In this document: piece after piece, positions 1 to 12,155 of the stretch
How the letters are laid out: the number at the start of each line of letters is the position of its first letter
Position numbering within the stretch: the stretch's first letter is position 1
Source: Octopus vulgaris
Lineage: Eukaryota
Length of the DNA: 64,000 nucleotides
Direction of reading: 5' to 3'
Assembly (NCBI GenBank): GCA_951406725.2
Contig: OX597819.1
Location: 40,610,001-40,674,000, forward strand
Translations under genes and position numbers: made by a program
Notes under the pieces: model-generated
What the model was told of the DNA's origin: nothing
The model's input: only the letters and a program-made list of their open reading frames with translations
The model's database searches: none

Positions 1-286
1 AGGGTAATATCCAAAAAGTTGGCTTTAGTCATATTATATTCCTTCTGGAATAATACCAATGTTTTCTTCAAAACATATGTTGGAAGTAAAAAGATTTGAA
101 TAACACCTGCGTTGAACTCCATTTATTTGTTTATTTATTTATAGATAGATAGCTAGATAGATATACATACATACACACACACACATATACATACATACAT
201 ACACACACATCTACACACATACACACATATATATGCATAAAATATAACATATATATATATATATACATATATATACACCAGCTTCG

Positions 287-651
287 GCTGGCCCCCGTGC
301 CGGTGACACGTAAAAGCACCGTCCGTTCGTGGGCGTTTGCCAGCTCTGTCTGGCCCCGTGTCGGTGGCACGTAAAAGCACCATCCGTTCGTGTCCGTTGC
401 CAGCATCGCCTGGCCCTGTGCCGGTGACACGTAAAAGCACCAGCTCTGTCTGGCACCTGTGCAGGTGGCACGTAAAAAACACCCACTACACTCGCGGAGT
501 GGTTGGCGTTAGGAAGGGCATCCAGCCGTAGAAACACTGCCAGATCTGACTGGGCCTGACGAAGCCTTCCAGCTTCACAGACCCCAGTTGACCCGTCCAA
601 CCCATGCTAGCATGGAAGGCGGACGCTAAATGATGATGATGATGATGATGA
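287..651 (+). mobile_element. 5'-truncated 3' end (3'UTR) of the RTE-like LINE family, with several ~60-bp hairpin-bearing subrepeats and a (GAT)n tail
   Basis: Matches the 3' end of the RT-bearing element at 25270-27283 (ggcacgtaaaaagcacc...ggcgttaggaagggcatccagc...cccatgctagcatgga...gatgatgat). Confidence 0.85.
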
Positions 652-707
652 TATGCATACACACACACATATATATATGTATGTGTGCGTGTATATATGT
701 ATATATA

Positions 708-784
<77 letters not shown>

Positions 785-790
785 ATGATA
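652..790. repeat. Compound (CA)n/(TG)n/(TA)n microsatellite
   Basis: Visible dinucleotide runs; source of the YIYIY/HTHT-type spurious ORFs. Confidence 0.95.
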
Positions 791-1440
791 AAAGACTAAA
801 AGACAATTACCCTAGATATTGTGCAATGGGATTGAACCCTTAACCTACATGGTTGCTAAGAGAACTTCTTAACTAGATAGTCACACTTGTGCCTATATTA
901 ACATCTGGCTTCTCCAAGATATTTTACATACCCACATAAAATTATGATGGAAGGTTTTAGCAAAAATATGAACAGACAGGCTTGTATCAAAAGGATTAAT
1001 GAATATAATTTATCTAGTATCTCTCAATGTCACTTATAAATCAAACGAGATTTATCACAAACAGGTGAGCTTGACAGGTAGCATACACATGTTAGTGTTT
1101 TCATTATCAAGTTGGCATCTGGCACATAACTTAAGGAAATGTTCTTACATAAAATTACAGCTGAAGGTTTTAACTTACGCATAAACACATAAACATTGGC
1201 AGTTTTATGTCACAAAATCAGAGGTGGTCTTGGAGTGTATCAAAAGAATTAAGCTTATAAATCAATATGTGATTAAAAAATATCATATTAATTAGCAGTA
1301 TACTAACTTTTAAATTAGACATTTGAATTACACACAAATAATTCTATACAGGTTGTCAACACCAACATATTTATTGCTAGTTAAATTTGGTTTAAAAACT
1401 AAATTCTGACTAAACTCAGATAATTCTGTAAATTATCAGA

Positions 1441-1469
1441 TACTACTACTACTACTACTACTACTACTA

Positions 1470-1528
<59 letters not shown>

Positions 1529-1603
1529 CTGCTGCTTCTGCTGCCACTGCCACCACCACTACTGCGCCGCCACTACCACTACTTCCACCACCACCACCAC
1601 CAA
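1441..1603. repeat. Compound trinucleotide microsatellite (TAC)n(ATC)n(CAC)n
   Basis: Read directly from sequence. Confidence 0.95.
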
Positions 1604-2091
1604 CATCGTTGCTTTAATGTGCACTTTTCCATGCTTGCATGGGTTAGACAGAACTTGTTGAGATGGATTTTCTAGAGCTGGATGCTCTTCCTGTAGCCAA
1701 CCTCACCTGTTTCCTAGTCAGATAATATTTTCCCCATGGAAATATCTCAGAAGAGAGACATCTTCTTTGCTATCTTCCTGGGCAATGCCTTTTCCATTTT
1801 GTCTGCTGGTGCCATGAGAAATTAAGTTAAGGATTGCAACAGTTTGTAAATCTGAATATCCGTATACAATGCAATTACATTATTACTTCAATAAGTAGAT
1901 CTGTTAGTTGTCTTTATGATCAGTAGGAATAATTTTTTTCCACTTCAAATATTTTTTGTCTTTTACTTGTTTTGGTTATTGTGCTCGTCTGTCTCAGAAG
2001 ATTAGAGATGGAGGGCATTGGTTCTATGACAGTGTCACTCACAAAAAACTATCACACAATGTCAAGGCAAGGAGACACTAACACACACACA

Positions 2092-2365
2092 CATCATCGT
2101 CATCATCATCGTTTAACGTCCATTTTCCATACTGGCATGGGATGGACAGTTTGACTGAGATCTGGAAAGCCAGCAGCTGTGCCAGGTTCCAATATGATCT
2201 TGATGCCCTTCCTAACACCAACCACTCCAAGAGTGTAGTGGGTGCTTTTTACGTGCCACCGGCACAAGAGCTAGTCAGGTGGTCCTGGTATCATTCACAT
2301 TCAGATAGTGCGTTTTATGTGTCACCTGCACAGGAGCCAGACAGGGGGCACTGGCATCGGCCACG
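2092..2365 (-). mobile_element. RTE-family 3'UTR fragment
   Basis: (CAT)n followed by cgtttaacgtcc...ttccat...gcatggg, the reverse complement of the LINE tail. Confidence 0.8.
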
Positions 2366-2447
2366 TACATATACATTTACATACACCCACACATATACAC
2401 ACACAAACATGTGCACACACACACAAACACATACACACGCACAAAAC

Positions 2448-2600
2448 AGGTTTCTTTCAGTTTCCATTAACCAAATTCACTCACAAGGCTTTGGCTGACC
2501 CAGGGCTATAGTTGAAGACTCATGCCTATAGTACCATGCAGAGGAACTGAACCTGAGACCACATGTTTGGGAAGCAAACTTCTTACCACACAGCAATGCG
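2448..2600 (-). mobile_element. tRNA-derived SINE, 5' head fragment
   Basis: ttctttcagtttcc...caaattcactcacaaggctttgg...gaactgaacc...cttaccacacagc matches fuller copies at 15715-16118 and 30773-31172. Confidence 0.8.
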
Positions 2601-2781
2601 ATGCTTATAAAACACACTCATTCGTTACAAATTAAATACAATTAAAGAATTTTAAATTAGGACTAAACTCAGATAATTCTATGGGTTGCTAATTACAGCA
2701 TATTTATTTGTTGTCATTTGCATATAATTTTTTAAAAATTAAATTCAATGAAGTTAGCAATAATAAAAGGTTGGTTATTAC

Positions 2782-2907
2782 CTTGTAAACCTTTTGTAGT
2801 AAAGTGGATGTCAAGTGGATAGGACCAATAGGCAGCTTCTTCATTTTGGCAATTATCCACTTGCGTTTGGCCTTCAGTTAATCCGGATAACACTTTCCAA
2901 GCATTGC
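2782..2907 (-). CDS. B9D2: B9 domain-containing protein 2, internal coding exon (G|[41 protein letters not shown]|G)
   Basis: Peptide closely matches recalled vertebrate B9D2 (GAAWKLLSGVREGQTQVD...YWSHPIDLHFATKGLQG). Acceptor ttatttactgtag, donor CAAG|gtaata, 126 nt, phase 1/1 and in frame with the 6340-6427 exon. Downstream exon(s) not seen in the window. Confidence 0.96.
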
Positions 2908-3118
2908 CTACAGTAAATAAAAGTAAAATTATCATTAAATCATTAGAATGATGCTAATATACATTACATAGAGAGCAAAATGTAAAAAAAAAAAAAATTA
3001 ACTAACATTAACCCTGTACTAAAGAGAAAAAAAAAGAAGCCATTAGCACAGGTGTTAATTCTTAATTAGAAAGGCAGGGGAGACAACTCCCTAAAATAAA
3101 ATTAAAGTTTATTAAAAA

Positions 3119-3497
3119 CTAGCAGTATTGCCCGGCGTTGCTTGGGTTTGTAAGGGAAATAACTATATAAGCATTTTTAGAGATGTAAAGTATAATAGCC
3201 ATCTCAATATGGCTAACCACAAAGGGCGGGATGTTACTGTAGCTTTTTACGTTCTGAGATTTAATAATAAATCTTATATATGCCAAAAATGCATTAAAAA
3301 AGGGAAAAATTGATGGTAAATTTTTTTTTAAATCGTAGACTCATCGTAGATTCGCGCTAATACCCAGAAGGGCTCGATATGAATCATGACTATAAGATAC
3401 CCGGTTTTGATTAAACTGCACCGCAAAATGTGGGAGTAGTTAGGAATCTAAATCGTAGGAGACAGACAGCACACAACCTCACTTTTATATATAAAGA
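3119..3497 (-). mobile_element. Non-autonomous Helitron, apparently complete
   Basis: Minus strand starts A|TCTTTATATATAAAAG and ends with hairpin (cccaagcaacgccggg) then CTAG|T. Inserted between A and T with no TSD. A second copy lies at 31795-32053. Confidence 0.8.
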
Positions 3498-3519
3498 TTA
3501 AACATGGACATGCAATGGG

Positions 3520-3571
3520 GATAGTAGTAGTGGTAGTGGTAGTGGTAGTAGTAGTGGTGTTGGTGGTGTTG

Positions 3572-3656
<85 letters not shown>

Positions 3657-3658
3657 CA
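3520..3658. repeat. (TAG)n/(TGG)n/(CAG)n compound microsatellite
   Basis: Read directly; produces the poly-T/A/Y/L ORFs. Confidence 0.95.
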
Positions 3659-4040
3659 TGGAAGCATGTGCTATAACAGTACATTGCTGCATCCACCATT
3701 TGTTGGTGATTCCCTACTACTTCTGGTGGATGATACCTTTGCAACCGCTGAGGCAACAAAACCTCCAACTCACAGGTCTGTGGGGGTTTTATGAGGCTGG
3801 AGTGCAAATCCTACCTGAACCTTTTAGTTGCCATTTATGTGTTGCAGAGGAAGCATTGGGTCTATTCTTCAGCATGCTGGTCCCCATACAGCGCTAAAGC
3901 AAAGTGAAATGAAGTGTTTTACTCAAGAACACAACAGGCTACCTGGTCTAAGAATCGAACCCATGATTTGGCAATTGTGAGGGAAACACCCTGATCGCTA
4001 GGGCATATATGTTCACAATCCAGAGAGTGAGATAAGAAAA

Positions 4041-4401
4041 ATATATATATAAACGGCAAAATATCTGTGTGTGTGTCCTTTATACAAATCCACAATTTTT
4101 CAGTTAGAGGGCTCGCACTTTCTATGGTCATTCAAAACCGTCCAAGGGTGGTCGTGCGCATCTTTACATTTCCCCAGTCACCCCGCAAAGCCATTAAAAA
4201 ATCAATAGAAGTAACTTTTTTGTGAATTTTCTATCCAAAACCCAATCAAAATGCTCAAAACTTGATACGCCAATTGAATGCCAGCTAGCTGTATGTGATT
4301 GGTCGGAGATTTGGACAGTACTCGCGTGTATGTGCGCACGCACGCAGCTGTATATGCATGCACTAGCACTATGACCTGGCAACGCTGGATCATAGTGCTA
4401 G
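4041..4401 (+). mobile_element. Non-autonomous Helitron-like element (different family)
   Basis: ATATATATAAA...ctgtgtgtgtgt 5' region; 3' end cctggcaacgctgg (decayed hairpin) then gtgCTAG|T. Confidence 0.6.
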
Positions 4402-4981
4402 TGAATAATAAAAGTATAGACCGATAAAAAGCATGTGGTTGTTTAGCCCACAGTTGGCCCTAATCCACCCCAGCCGCGATGAAGGACATTCAAGTCTTTT
4501 CCTTATGAGATGTTAAGGTTATTAGGACTACATTATCTAGTATGTCATTCAAATTTTTAATGTTGGTCAGGTGTGATCAGAGGGAAATTTGGCAGTTATT
4601 TCTGGCAAATCAAACATACTGAGGGTCCTTTGTCAGCTTGAGAAAAAGCATGTAAAAAGAAAACAGACAGAGGAAACAAATAAGCAAAACAGAAAAGAAA
4701 AGAATAATGAAATCATAGATACAGTCTTTATTCTATATAAAATGGACACAGGAATGGCTGTCTGGTAAAGAAGTCTGCTTTTGAGCCACCTAGTACTGAG
4801 CTTGATCCTAGTGTGTACCACACAGAGCAAGTACCATCTACCATACCTTTGGTTTGACAATGCTCTGGAGGTAGAATGTGAAAGACAAACTTTGCACAAG
4901 CCAGTCACACACACACATATATATGGATGGTTTTATACATATCATTATCATCCTCATCATAATTTTTTATATACTCTTTTT

Positions 4982-5289
4982 TTTTACTCTTTTTACTTGT
5001 TTCAGTCATTTGACTGCGGCCATGCTGGAGCACCGCCTTTAGTCGAGCAAATCGACCCCAGGACTTATTCTTTGTAAGCGCAGTACTTATTCTATCGGTC
5101 TCTTTTGCCGAACCGCTAAGTGACAGGGACGTAAACACACCAGCATCGGTTGTCAAGCAATGCTAGGGGAACAAACACAGACACACAAACATATTGAAGA
5201 CACTTGCCCAAGATGCCACGCAGTGGGACTGAACCCGGAACCATGTGGTTGGTTAGCAAGCTACTTACCAAACAGCCACTCCTGCGCCT
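4982..5289 (-). mobile_element. tRNA-derived SINE (internally deleted)
   Basis: Reverse strand has A-box-like tggctgtttgg and B-box ggttcagtccc; tail ...gactgaaacaagtaaaagag. Confidence 0.88.
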
Positions 5290-5821
5290 ATGTCCATGTT
5301 TCCTTCTATGCTATCAAATTATTTCACCTTCTCCCTCTCCTATTAACTTGCCTTTACCACCATACACTGCTCACTCTCCCCATATACACTATACCTTTCT
5401 CTTGACCCACACTCCTCCAAACCCTTTCCCCACTCAACATTCTTGCAACGTGTCCACCTACACACCATTTCATTTCTCTTTATCCTACTGCCCTTTGTCT
5501 CACTCTACATCTGTTCCCCTACCCTAGGGCTCACCTTGACATCTTGTCTTGACCATTTTTGTTTTTCCTTTGTTTTTTTCCAGTCCCACTTCAATTACTC
5601 CAGTCGACTTTTGTTTACTATGAGCAGTCATGATCTGCCCCTTCCGTCTCTCTCTAGTTTTTCATCTCCTAGTACAAAGCTACCTCCTTTTCTACTGTAA
5701 CCCCACCAGTCAGCTGAGCTACATGATGATCTGGTGCCATAACAATAAAAAAAAAGCATCCAGTATGCTCTGTAATCTGGCTGGCTTTAGAAAAGGGCAT
5801 TTAGCCATAGAAATCATGCCA

Positions 5822-6065
5822 AAGCAGACACTGGAGTGCAATGCAATCCTTGGACCTTCTGGATTTTGTCAAACCACCCAACCCATGCCAACATGGAACA
5901 CGGATGTATGTGTGTGTATGTGTATATATATATGTATATACATATATATATATATATATATATAAGCAGACACTGGAGTGCAATGCAATCCTTGGACCTT
6001 CTGGATTTTGTCAAACCACCCAACCCATGCCAACATGGAACACGGATGTATGTGTGTGTATGTGT
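5822..6065. repeat. Perfect ~100-bp direct duplication (5822-5923 and 5964-6065) separated by (TA)n
   Basis: aagcagacactggagtgcaatgc...ggatgtatgtgtgtgtatgtgt occurs twice with no visible mismatch, period 142. Confidence 0.9.
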
Positions 6066-6339
6066 GCGTATAGCTGCTCAGTGCCTCTCCGAAAGAGAGA
6101 GAGGGGGGATATATATATATATATAAACACACACACATATATATATAAACATATACTTTGATAGGTTTCGGCCATTATTGGCCCAGGCCATGTCTAACTT
6201 AATAGCACCACCTGTATATGTAATGTTTATACATACATATACACACACACACACAAACATACTCATGCATGTATTTCTATATATATACATAAATCTTCAT
6301 GGATTTAAATTGAAACCATTGAATGAAAGGGTACCTTAC

Positions 6340-6427
6340 CAGATTGTATTCCAAACTTACAGAACAACCTACTGCTAGGAAATCCATATGCTCCACTGAT
6401 TTGTCCAATAACATGTACTTCAGCCAT
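6340..6427 (-). CDS. B9D2: B9 domain-containing protein 2, first coding exon ([29 protein letters not shown]|G)
   Basis: Absent from the ORF track. Matches the recalled B9D2 N-terminus [16 protein letters not shown]...LFCKWGI. 88 coding nt, donor TCTG|gtaagg. Upstream acceptor cagttctttcag at 6439-6450 gives 11 nt of 5'UTR, which implies a non-coding exon 1. Confidence 0.96.
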
Positions 6428-6728
6428 TTGACCACAACCTGAAAGAACTGAACAGAAATGACTTTATAAAAAAACGTTGGGTAGCAATGCTGACAAAGAA
6501 TAAAAGAAAATTATAGTAAGTCAATGTTTCTAAGAACTGGGTCTATTAGGGACCTCCTCTTGCGTATCACCCTCAAGAACTTTAACACAGGAAAAGTTGA
6601 TTATCTTTAATACAAAGGTTGTTTGTATTTTTTCTTTGATTTGCTCTGGAAAAAGGGACTGTGCCCATGGCCTTTGCAGTCCTCCAAGACAAGTGTAGTC
6701 ATAGGAAGAAGTTGTGCCTATGGAACAA

Positions 6729-6873
6729 TCATCATCATTGTTTAGCATTCGCTTTCCATGCTGGCATGGGTTGGACGGTTCAACTGGGGACTGGGAAGCC
6801 AGAAGGCTGCACCAGGCCCAGTCTGATCTGGCAATGTTTCTACGGCTGGATGCCCTTCCTAACGCCAACCACT
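6729..6873 (-). mobile_element. RTE-family 3' tail fragment
   Basis: (CAT)n then gctttccatgctggcatgggttggacgg...cttcctaacgccaaccact. Confidence 0.85.
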
Positions 6874-7169
6874 ACATGAGTGTATATTTATGTATGTTTG
6901 GTTTTACCCTTTCGACCCTTGGAAAATCTTTATGCATGTACATGCATGATTTATGTTGATGTGTGTAAATATATATGATTCAATTACATTGATTAAATAT
7001 CTTCATTTATGTGTTCAGGAATTTGGTTGACTGCCTAGGGTTTGTGTTTTTATTTTCCTTTACTTTTTATTATTTTGTATTGGCTCTTTACAATAACTCC
7101 ATAAATAGCCCATACTTTCTATAACATACTTAATATTATATATTTATATAGATATACACATATATATGA

Positions 7170-7322
7170 GAGGCTTCTTTCAGTTTCCATCTACCAAATC
7201 CACTCACAAGGCTTTAGTCAGCCTGAGGCTATAGAAGACACTTGCCCAAAGTGCCATGCAGTAGGACTGAACCTGGAACCATGTGCTTGGGAAGCAAGCA
7301 TTTTACCACACAGCCATGCCTG
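7170..7322 (-). mobile_element. tRNA-derived SINE head fragment
   Basis: ggcttctttcagtttcc...ggactgaacctggaaccatg...ttaccacacagcc. Confidence 0.85.
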
Positions 7323-7872
7323 CATTTATAGAAGAAAAAAAAGAATATTTGTTCTGGATTTTTGTGTTCGAAGTTCAGACCCTACCAAAGCCTATTTGGG
7401 TTGAAAACAATCTGTCACCCAGTTTAGTGCCACCACCTTGTTGCAGGCTTTTGGACTAGATTTCCAGTTTGATTATCCCTTCTCTCTCTTCCTCTTCCAC
7501 CAATTCTTGGAAGCCCTTTGAAAGGTCATGGGTGTTGATATCTATCCTGACTAAAAAATATTTAAAAAAAAAAAATGTGGACGACATTTTATTATTTAAT
7601 TTTTATATAAATTCTTTTCTGTCCCATAATTGAACAAACTGTGTACATCATCTGTGAGAAAAACAAAAGGAAAAGTGGGTTGAATGCAACTAGTGTATTT
7701 AGGTGAAGGTTGTATTGAATTAACTATCAGCAAGGAATAGAGGCCATTGTAGAGAGAACAGTCTAACTGGGCCAGCTGGTGTTGTTTAGTTCTTAGTTAA
7801 ACCTAATCAAAATGATCTATGTCAAAAGGCATTCCTGCTATGTGTGTGTGTGTGTGTTTTTTTTCTGAAATA

Positions 7873-9636
7873 TCAGGTCATTAAGAATGACATGTCAGAT
7901 TTTCTTCTGCACCAAGTTTGACAGTCATTAGCTCTAATGTTTTATCGTGACAATTCTTTGTTTTACAACATTTAGTCAGCCTGAGGCTATAGTAGAAGGC
8001 ACTTGCTCAAAGTGTCATGCAGTAGGACTGAACCTGGAACCATGGCATCACTTTGTCTCCAACAATTCGGTGCGACACCAGTGCAGAATCACCTCCCTCC
8101 GACAAGTCATCCTAACGAGATGTCTGCATTGGCTGGGTCATGCCCTCTGTCGTCAACCAGGAGAATTCATCTACGAGGCAATTGCCCCAGCTCCCCTTCA
8201 GGGTTGGCGAAAGCGTCGTGGTGAACAACGAAAAACCTGGCTGATGACAGTTGAGGCTGTTCTGGAACCCAACCTAGGCCCCCATATCTACGGTGTTCGC
8301 CGCTGGAATAAGGAGTGGTTGGAGATCACGCGGTCATTAGCCTCAAATCACCAGGCCTGGTCGGCATTTGTGAGAGATGCAGTATTGAGGATAAATGAAG
8401 CCTTGGTGAATGCTGTAAGAAGAAGAAGAAGAAGTTTTACAACATTGAAGAGTTACATCATCACTTTTCAAAATGCAATTCATAGTGTCTGATCATATTG
8501 TGAGTTTTCTCTTGTAAATCAATTTTTGTGAACCCATGGATAGATAAAAAAAATTGTGTTGTTTATGTATATGAGTACTATCATGGAACCAATGCATCCC
8601 AGACAGCTCGATATATCAATGAGATGCTTGGTGAAGATGTGGCAAATGAGTGCATTGTATGTTGATGGTTTGAGAAGTTCTGGTCTGGTGATTTTACTCT
8701 TGAAAATCAGCCCCATGGTAGACCTGAGACTAAGGTGGATAATGATGAGCTGGAAACTGTAGTGGAAGTGAATAAATCTCAAACTATGTGTGAGTTAGCA
8801 GTAAGGTCTGATGTTTCGATTTCAACTGTACTGGACCATCAGAAATAAACTGGCAAGGTAAAGAAACTTGACAAGTGGTTACCACACGAACTGAATGCGC
8901 ATCAAATAACACGTCATCTTGAAACTTGCTGTTTTTTGCTGTCACAGCATAAAAGTGAACCATTTTTGCATCATATTGTTATGTGTGATGAAAAATGGAT
9001 TCTTTTCAACAATAGCAAGTGTTCTGCGCAGTAGTTGGATAGAGATGAAGTGCCAAAACACAATGCGAAAAAAGAATATTCACCAAAAAAAAAAGCTAAC
9101 GGTGTCTGTTTGGTAGTCCAGCACTGGTGTCATCCACTACAGCTTCATGAGAACTGGTAAGTCAATTACAGCAGATGTATACATCAACCAACTGGGTGAA
9201 ATGATGAATAAACATGCAATTAAACAACCGAGATTGGTCAATAGAGACAGGCCAATTCTCTTACAAGGCAGTGCTTGATCACATGTTGCACAAAGAATGC
9301 TACTCAAGTTACAGGAACTGAACTTGGAAGTACTCTGTCATCCACCATATTCACCAGACCTTGCACCATCTGACTATCATGTTTTCCAGGCATTAGACAA
9401 CTTTTTGCAAGGGAAAAACTTAAAATCTAAAGAAGATGCAAAAACAGCCTTTCGTGATTTCATCACCTCTGGCTCTTCAGAATTCTTCGCTGCTGGCATG
9501 AATAAACTACCAATAAAATGGCAAAATTGTGTTGATAATTTAGGTGCATACTTTAAATAAATGCATTGTTTTTTGTTGAGATAAAGTAAAATAAACTTTC
9601 AGTTCAAAATCAGACATTTCATTCTTAATGACCTGA
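7873..9636 (+). mobile_element. Full-length degenerate mariner (DD34D) transposon interrupted by a retro-insertion
   Basis: TIRs tcaggtcattaagaatgacatgtcagattt / aaatcagacatttcattcttaatgacctga with TA flanks. Transposase motifs WLPHEL, CDEKW and HPPYSPDLAPSDYHVF, with stops and frameshifts. About 1.29 kb once the insert is removed. Confidence 0.93.
7973..8433 (+). mobile_element. Chimeric retro-insertion: SINE fragment plus RTE-like LINE 3' end with (AAG)n tail
   Basis: 13-bp TSD gttttacaacatt at 7960-7972 and 8434-8446. Peptide LHWLGHALCR...WRKRRGEQRKTW is an RTE-type C-terminus. Confidence 0.85.
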
Positions 9637-9830
9637 TAGTTTACCAAAAACAATACTAATAAAAGGTTAAAGGTCACAGTTTGTTTCTCAAATACATGTT
9701 TATGTGGATGTGTTGAATGCTAGCATGTGTAGACAGTACACTGGTGTAATATTTATCTGGATTGGATATTATTATGTAATAGTTCAAGCTATAGAATAAA
9801 ATATATAATAATAATTCAAGTTGTAGTTAA

Positions 9831-10273
9831 CCCTTTTGTTACCCTATTTCTGTTGAACTATACCATCTTCATTTCAATTAATTTTGAAAACAATAATAAA
9901 CTTATTAAACCAACTTTGTCAGTATTAAGCTGGTGCTTGGAACATAAATAACAAGAAATTTTGGGGGATGGTTTTAATTTAGATCACTTTAACCCTCTAG
10001 CATTTAAACCAGCCATATCTGGCCAAAATAATCTACCTGTTTTATCTTCAAACTGGCCAGATCTGACCTCTCACACTTACTTTACAATATTATTCTAAAA
10101 TTAAACAATCACACCAATGAAATCTCAAAGCTACAAGATAATGCATGGCAAATTTTTATCAATGTGAATAAATAAGCATTACATTTGACAGAAAAATCTG
10201 AATGCTGAAGGGTTAAAATAAGAAGTTTGTATCAGAACCATGGCCAGTTTCAGAAGGGTTGGTATCAAAAGGG
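9831..10273. mobile_element. Nested piggyBac-like MITEs (outer 9831-10273, inner 9993-10212)
   Basis: Inner: TTAA|ccctctagcatt ... aatgctgaaggg|TTAA. Outer: TTAA|cccttttgttacc ... ggtatcaaaaggg. Confidence 0.7.
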
Positions 10274-10324
10274 TTGTATAACACACAGCTTTCATGAAAC
10301 TCAACCTTTATGAATGTCAGGTTT

Positions 10325-10778
10325 CTATAAGAAGTAATAAAACTCCGACGTCTGGCAGCTGACTTGGCAGACACCCATAAAATTATCAACCATCTTACAA
10401 ACAATAACTCTGAGCACCTTTTCAAACTCCACCCGTCTAACACCCATGGACATATTTACAAAGTCAGAAAACAGCACAGCTCCCATGACTTTAGGAAACG
10501 TTTTTTCACGCTGGGAGTTGCTAAAGCATGGAACAAACTGCCGGCATCAGTTGTTAGTTGTCGGAGCACTGCATCCTTCAAGACTTCATGCTTTCTGAGA
10601 TTCGCCAACACTACACCTGATTTTCTCCCCTCCATACACACACAAGCATGTATCTGACTCATACATTGTTCGCTTTCCAGACATTTGTACATTACTGCAT
10701 ATACTCTATACGCTCTTTCTGACAAGTTGTGGTGCACCTGAGCACTGTATACAATAATTTCATTATTATTATTATTAA
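10325..10778 (+). mobile_element. CR1-like LINE 3' fragment with (ATT)n tail
   Basis: THKIIN...LFKL...THGHIYKV...RKRFFT...AWNKLPASVV is the typical CR1/L2-group ORF2 C-terminus. Confidence 0.8.
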
Positions 10779-11126
10779 TAGACTCCCCACCACACATACA
10801 CATATGTAAAATGTGTGATAGTTTGAGCTGTGTTTTTGTTAATGAGTTAAGGGGTTTACTGTTTGTTTTTGTTGTTATGTCTGTGGTTGAAAGAAACTAA
10901 GTTGTCCAGTCCCTGTTCAATGAATATGTGCACACTTTTGGTGTAACATTTTGGTGTAACATAGACAATAAATAAAGGAAAAGTGGGAAATGTTATTAAC
11001 TCAGGAGCAAGAGTATTTTGAAGAGACAGCTAGCAAGTTGTTGATGTTAAGAGAGGAATATTGGGTAGATGTGATAAATTAAATATGTAACCGTTTCCTA
11101 GTCATACAGCATGAGCTGTTGTTTTT

Positions 11127-11513
11127 GGCCTCCGTGCCAGTGGCATGTAAAATGCACCATCTGATTGTGGCCGTTGCCAGCCTTGTCTGGCCCCTGTGCT
11201 GGTGGCATGTAAAAAGCACCATCCAATCGTGACCATTTGGCAGCCTCATCTGGCCCCTGTGCCGGTGGCACGTAAAAAGCACCATCTGATCGTGGCCGTT
11301 TGCCAGCCTCGTCTGGCACCTGTGCAGGTGGCACGTAAAAAGCATCCACTACACTCACGGAGTGGTTGGCGTTAGGAAGGGCATCCAGCCGTAGAAACAT
11401 TGCCAGATCAGACTGGGCTTGGCACAGCCTTCTGGCTTCCCAGACCCCAGTTGAACCGTCCAACCCATGCTAGCATGGAAAACGGACGTTAAACGATGAT
11501 GATGATGATGATG
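11127..11513 (+). mobile_element. RTE-family 3'UTR copy
   Basis: Subrepeats and (GAT)n tail; inverted relative to the copy at 11833-12155. Confidence 0.88.
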
Positions 11514-11832
11514 AAGGCAGGCAAGAAATGAATCTCTTCTTGAATAGGATTCTGGTCCATCTCAGGGCTGCTTTATTTTTGTCTCTTGAAAATATATATT
11601 ATCCTTCCATATTTACACAACATTTATGTATGCGTTTGCATGTGTGTCTGTGCTTCACACGAAAGCATTGATCTAACAAAAACAAAAAAACTGGTGTTGT
11701 TTTTTAACATTCTCTGTCAAAAAAATCTCCTAACTCTGTACATTCAAAGATGAGATGAATGGGGGATAAAAAAATTACTTGAAAGACAAATAAGGGTTAG
11801 CAATAATAAGAGCACCTGGCTGGACTGTATAA

Positions 11833-12155
11833 CATCATCATCATCATTGTTTAACGTCCGCTTTCCATGCTAGCATGGGTTGGACGGTTCGACTGGGGTC
11901 TGGGAAACCAGGAGGCTGCACCAGGCCCAGTCTGATCTGGCAGTGTTTCTACAGCTGGATGCCCTTCCTAACGCCAACCACTCTGTGAGTGTAGTGGGTG
12001 CTTTTTATGTGCCAGGCAAGGCTGGCAACGGCCACGATTGGTTGGTGCTTTTTACATGCCAGACGAGGCTGGCAAACGGCCATGATCGGATGGTGCTTTT
12101 TACGTGCCACTGGTACGGAGGCCAAGCCAGGCTGGCAACAGCCACGATCAGATGG
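11833..12155 (-). mobile_element. RTE-family 3'UTR copy
   Basis: (CAT)n tgtttaacgtccgctttccatgctagcatggg... Confidence 0.88.

Noticed and set aside
287-480. CRISPR-like repeat/spacer appearance of the ggcacgtaaaagcacc units
   Set aside because: The spacers are homologous to each other, the array is part of a LINE 3'UTR, the DNA is eukaryotic and there are no cas genes.
131-806. Many 60-130 aa ORFs such as MDGSTGV...[19 protein letters not shown] recurring across the window like a gene family
   Set aside because: They are antisense translations of the RTE 3'UTR repeat and of microsatellites, not host genes.
1730-1900. Candidate next B9D2 exon
   Set aside because: No WP-L---VW--D-FGR-like peptide was found in 1-2780; the remaining exon(s) must lie outside the window.
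3448-3807. Poly-Thr/Ala, poly-Tyr/Cys and poly-Leu ORFs
   Set aside because: Trinucleotide microsatellite read in several frames.
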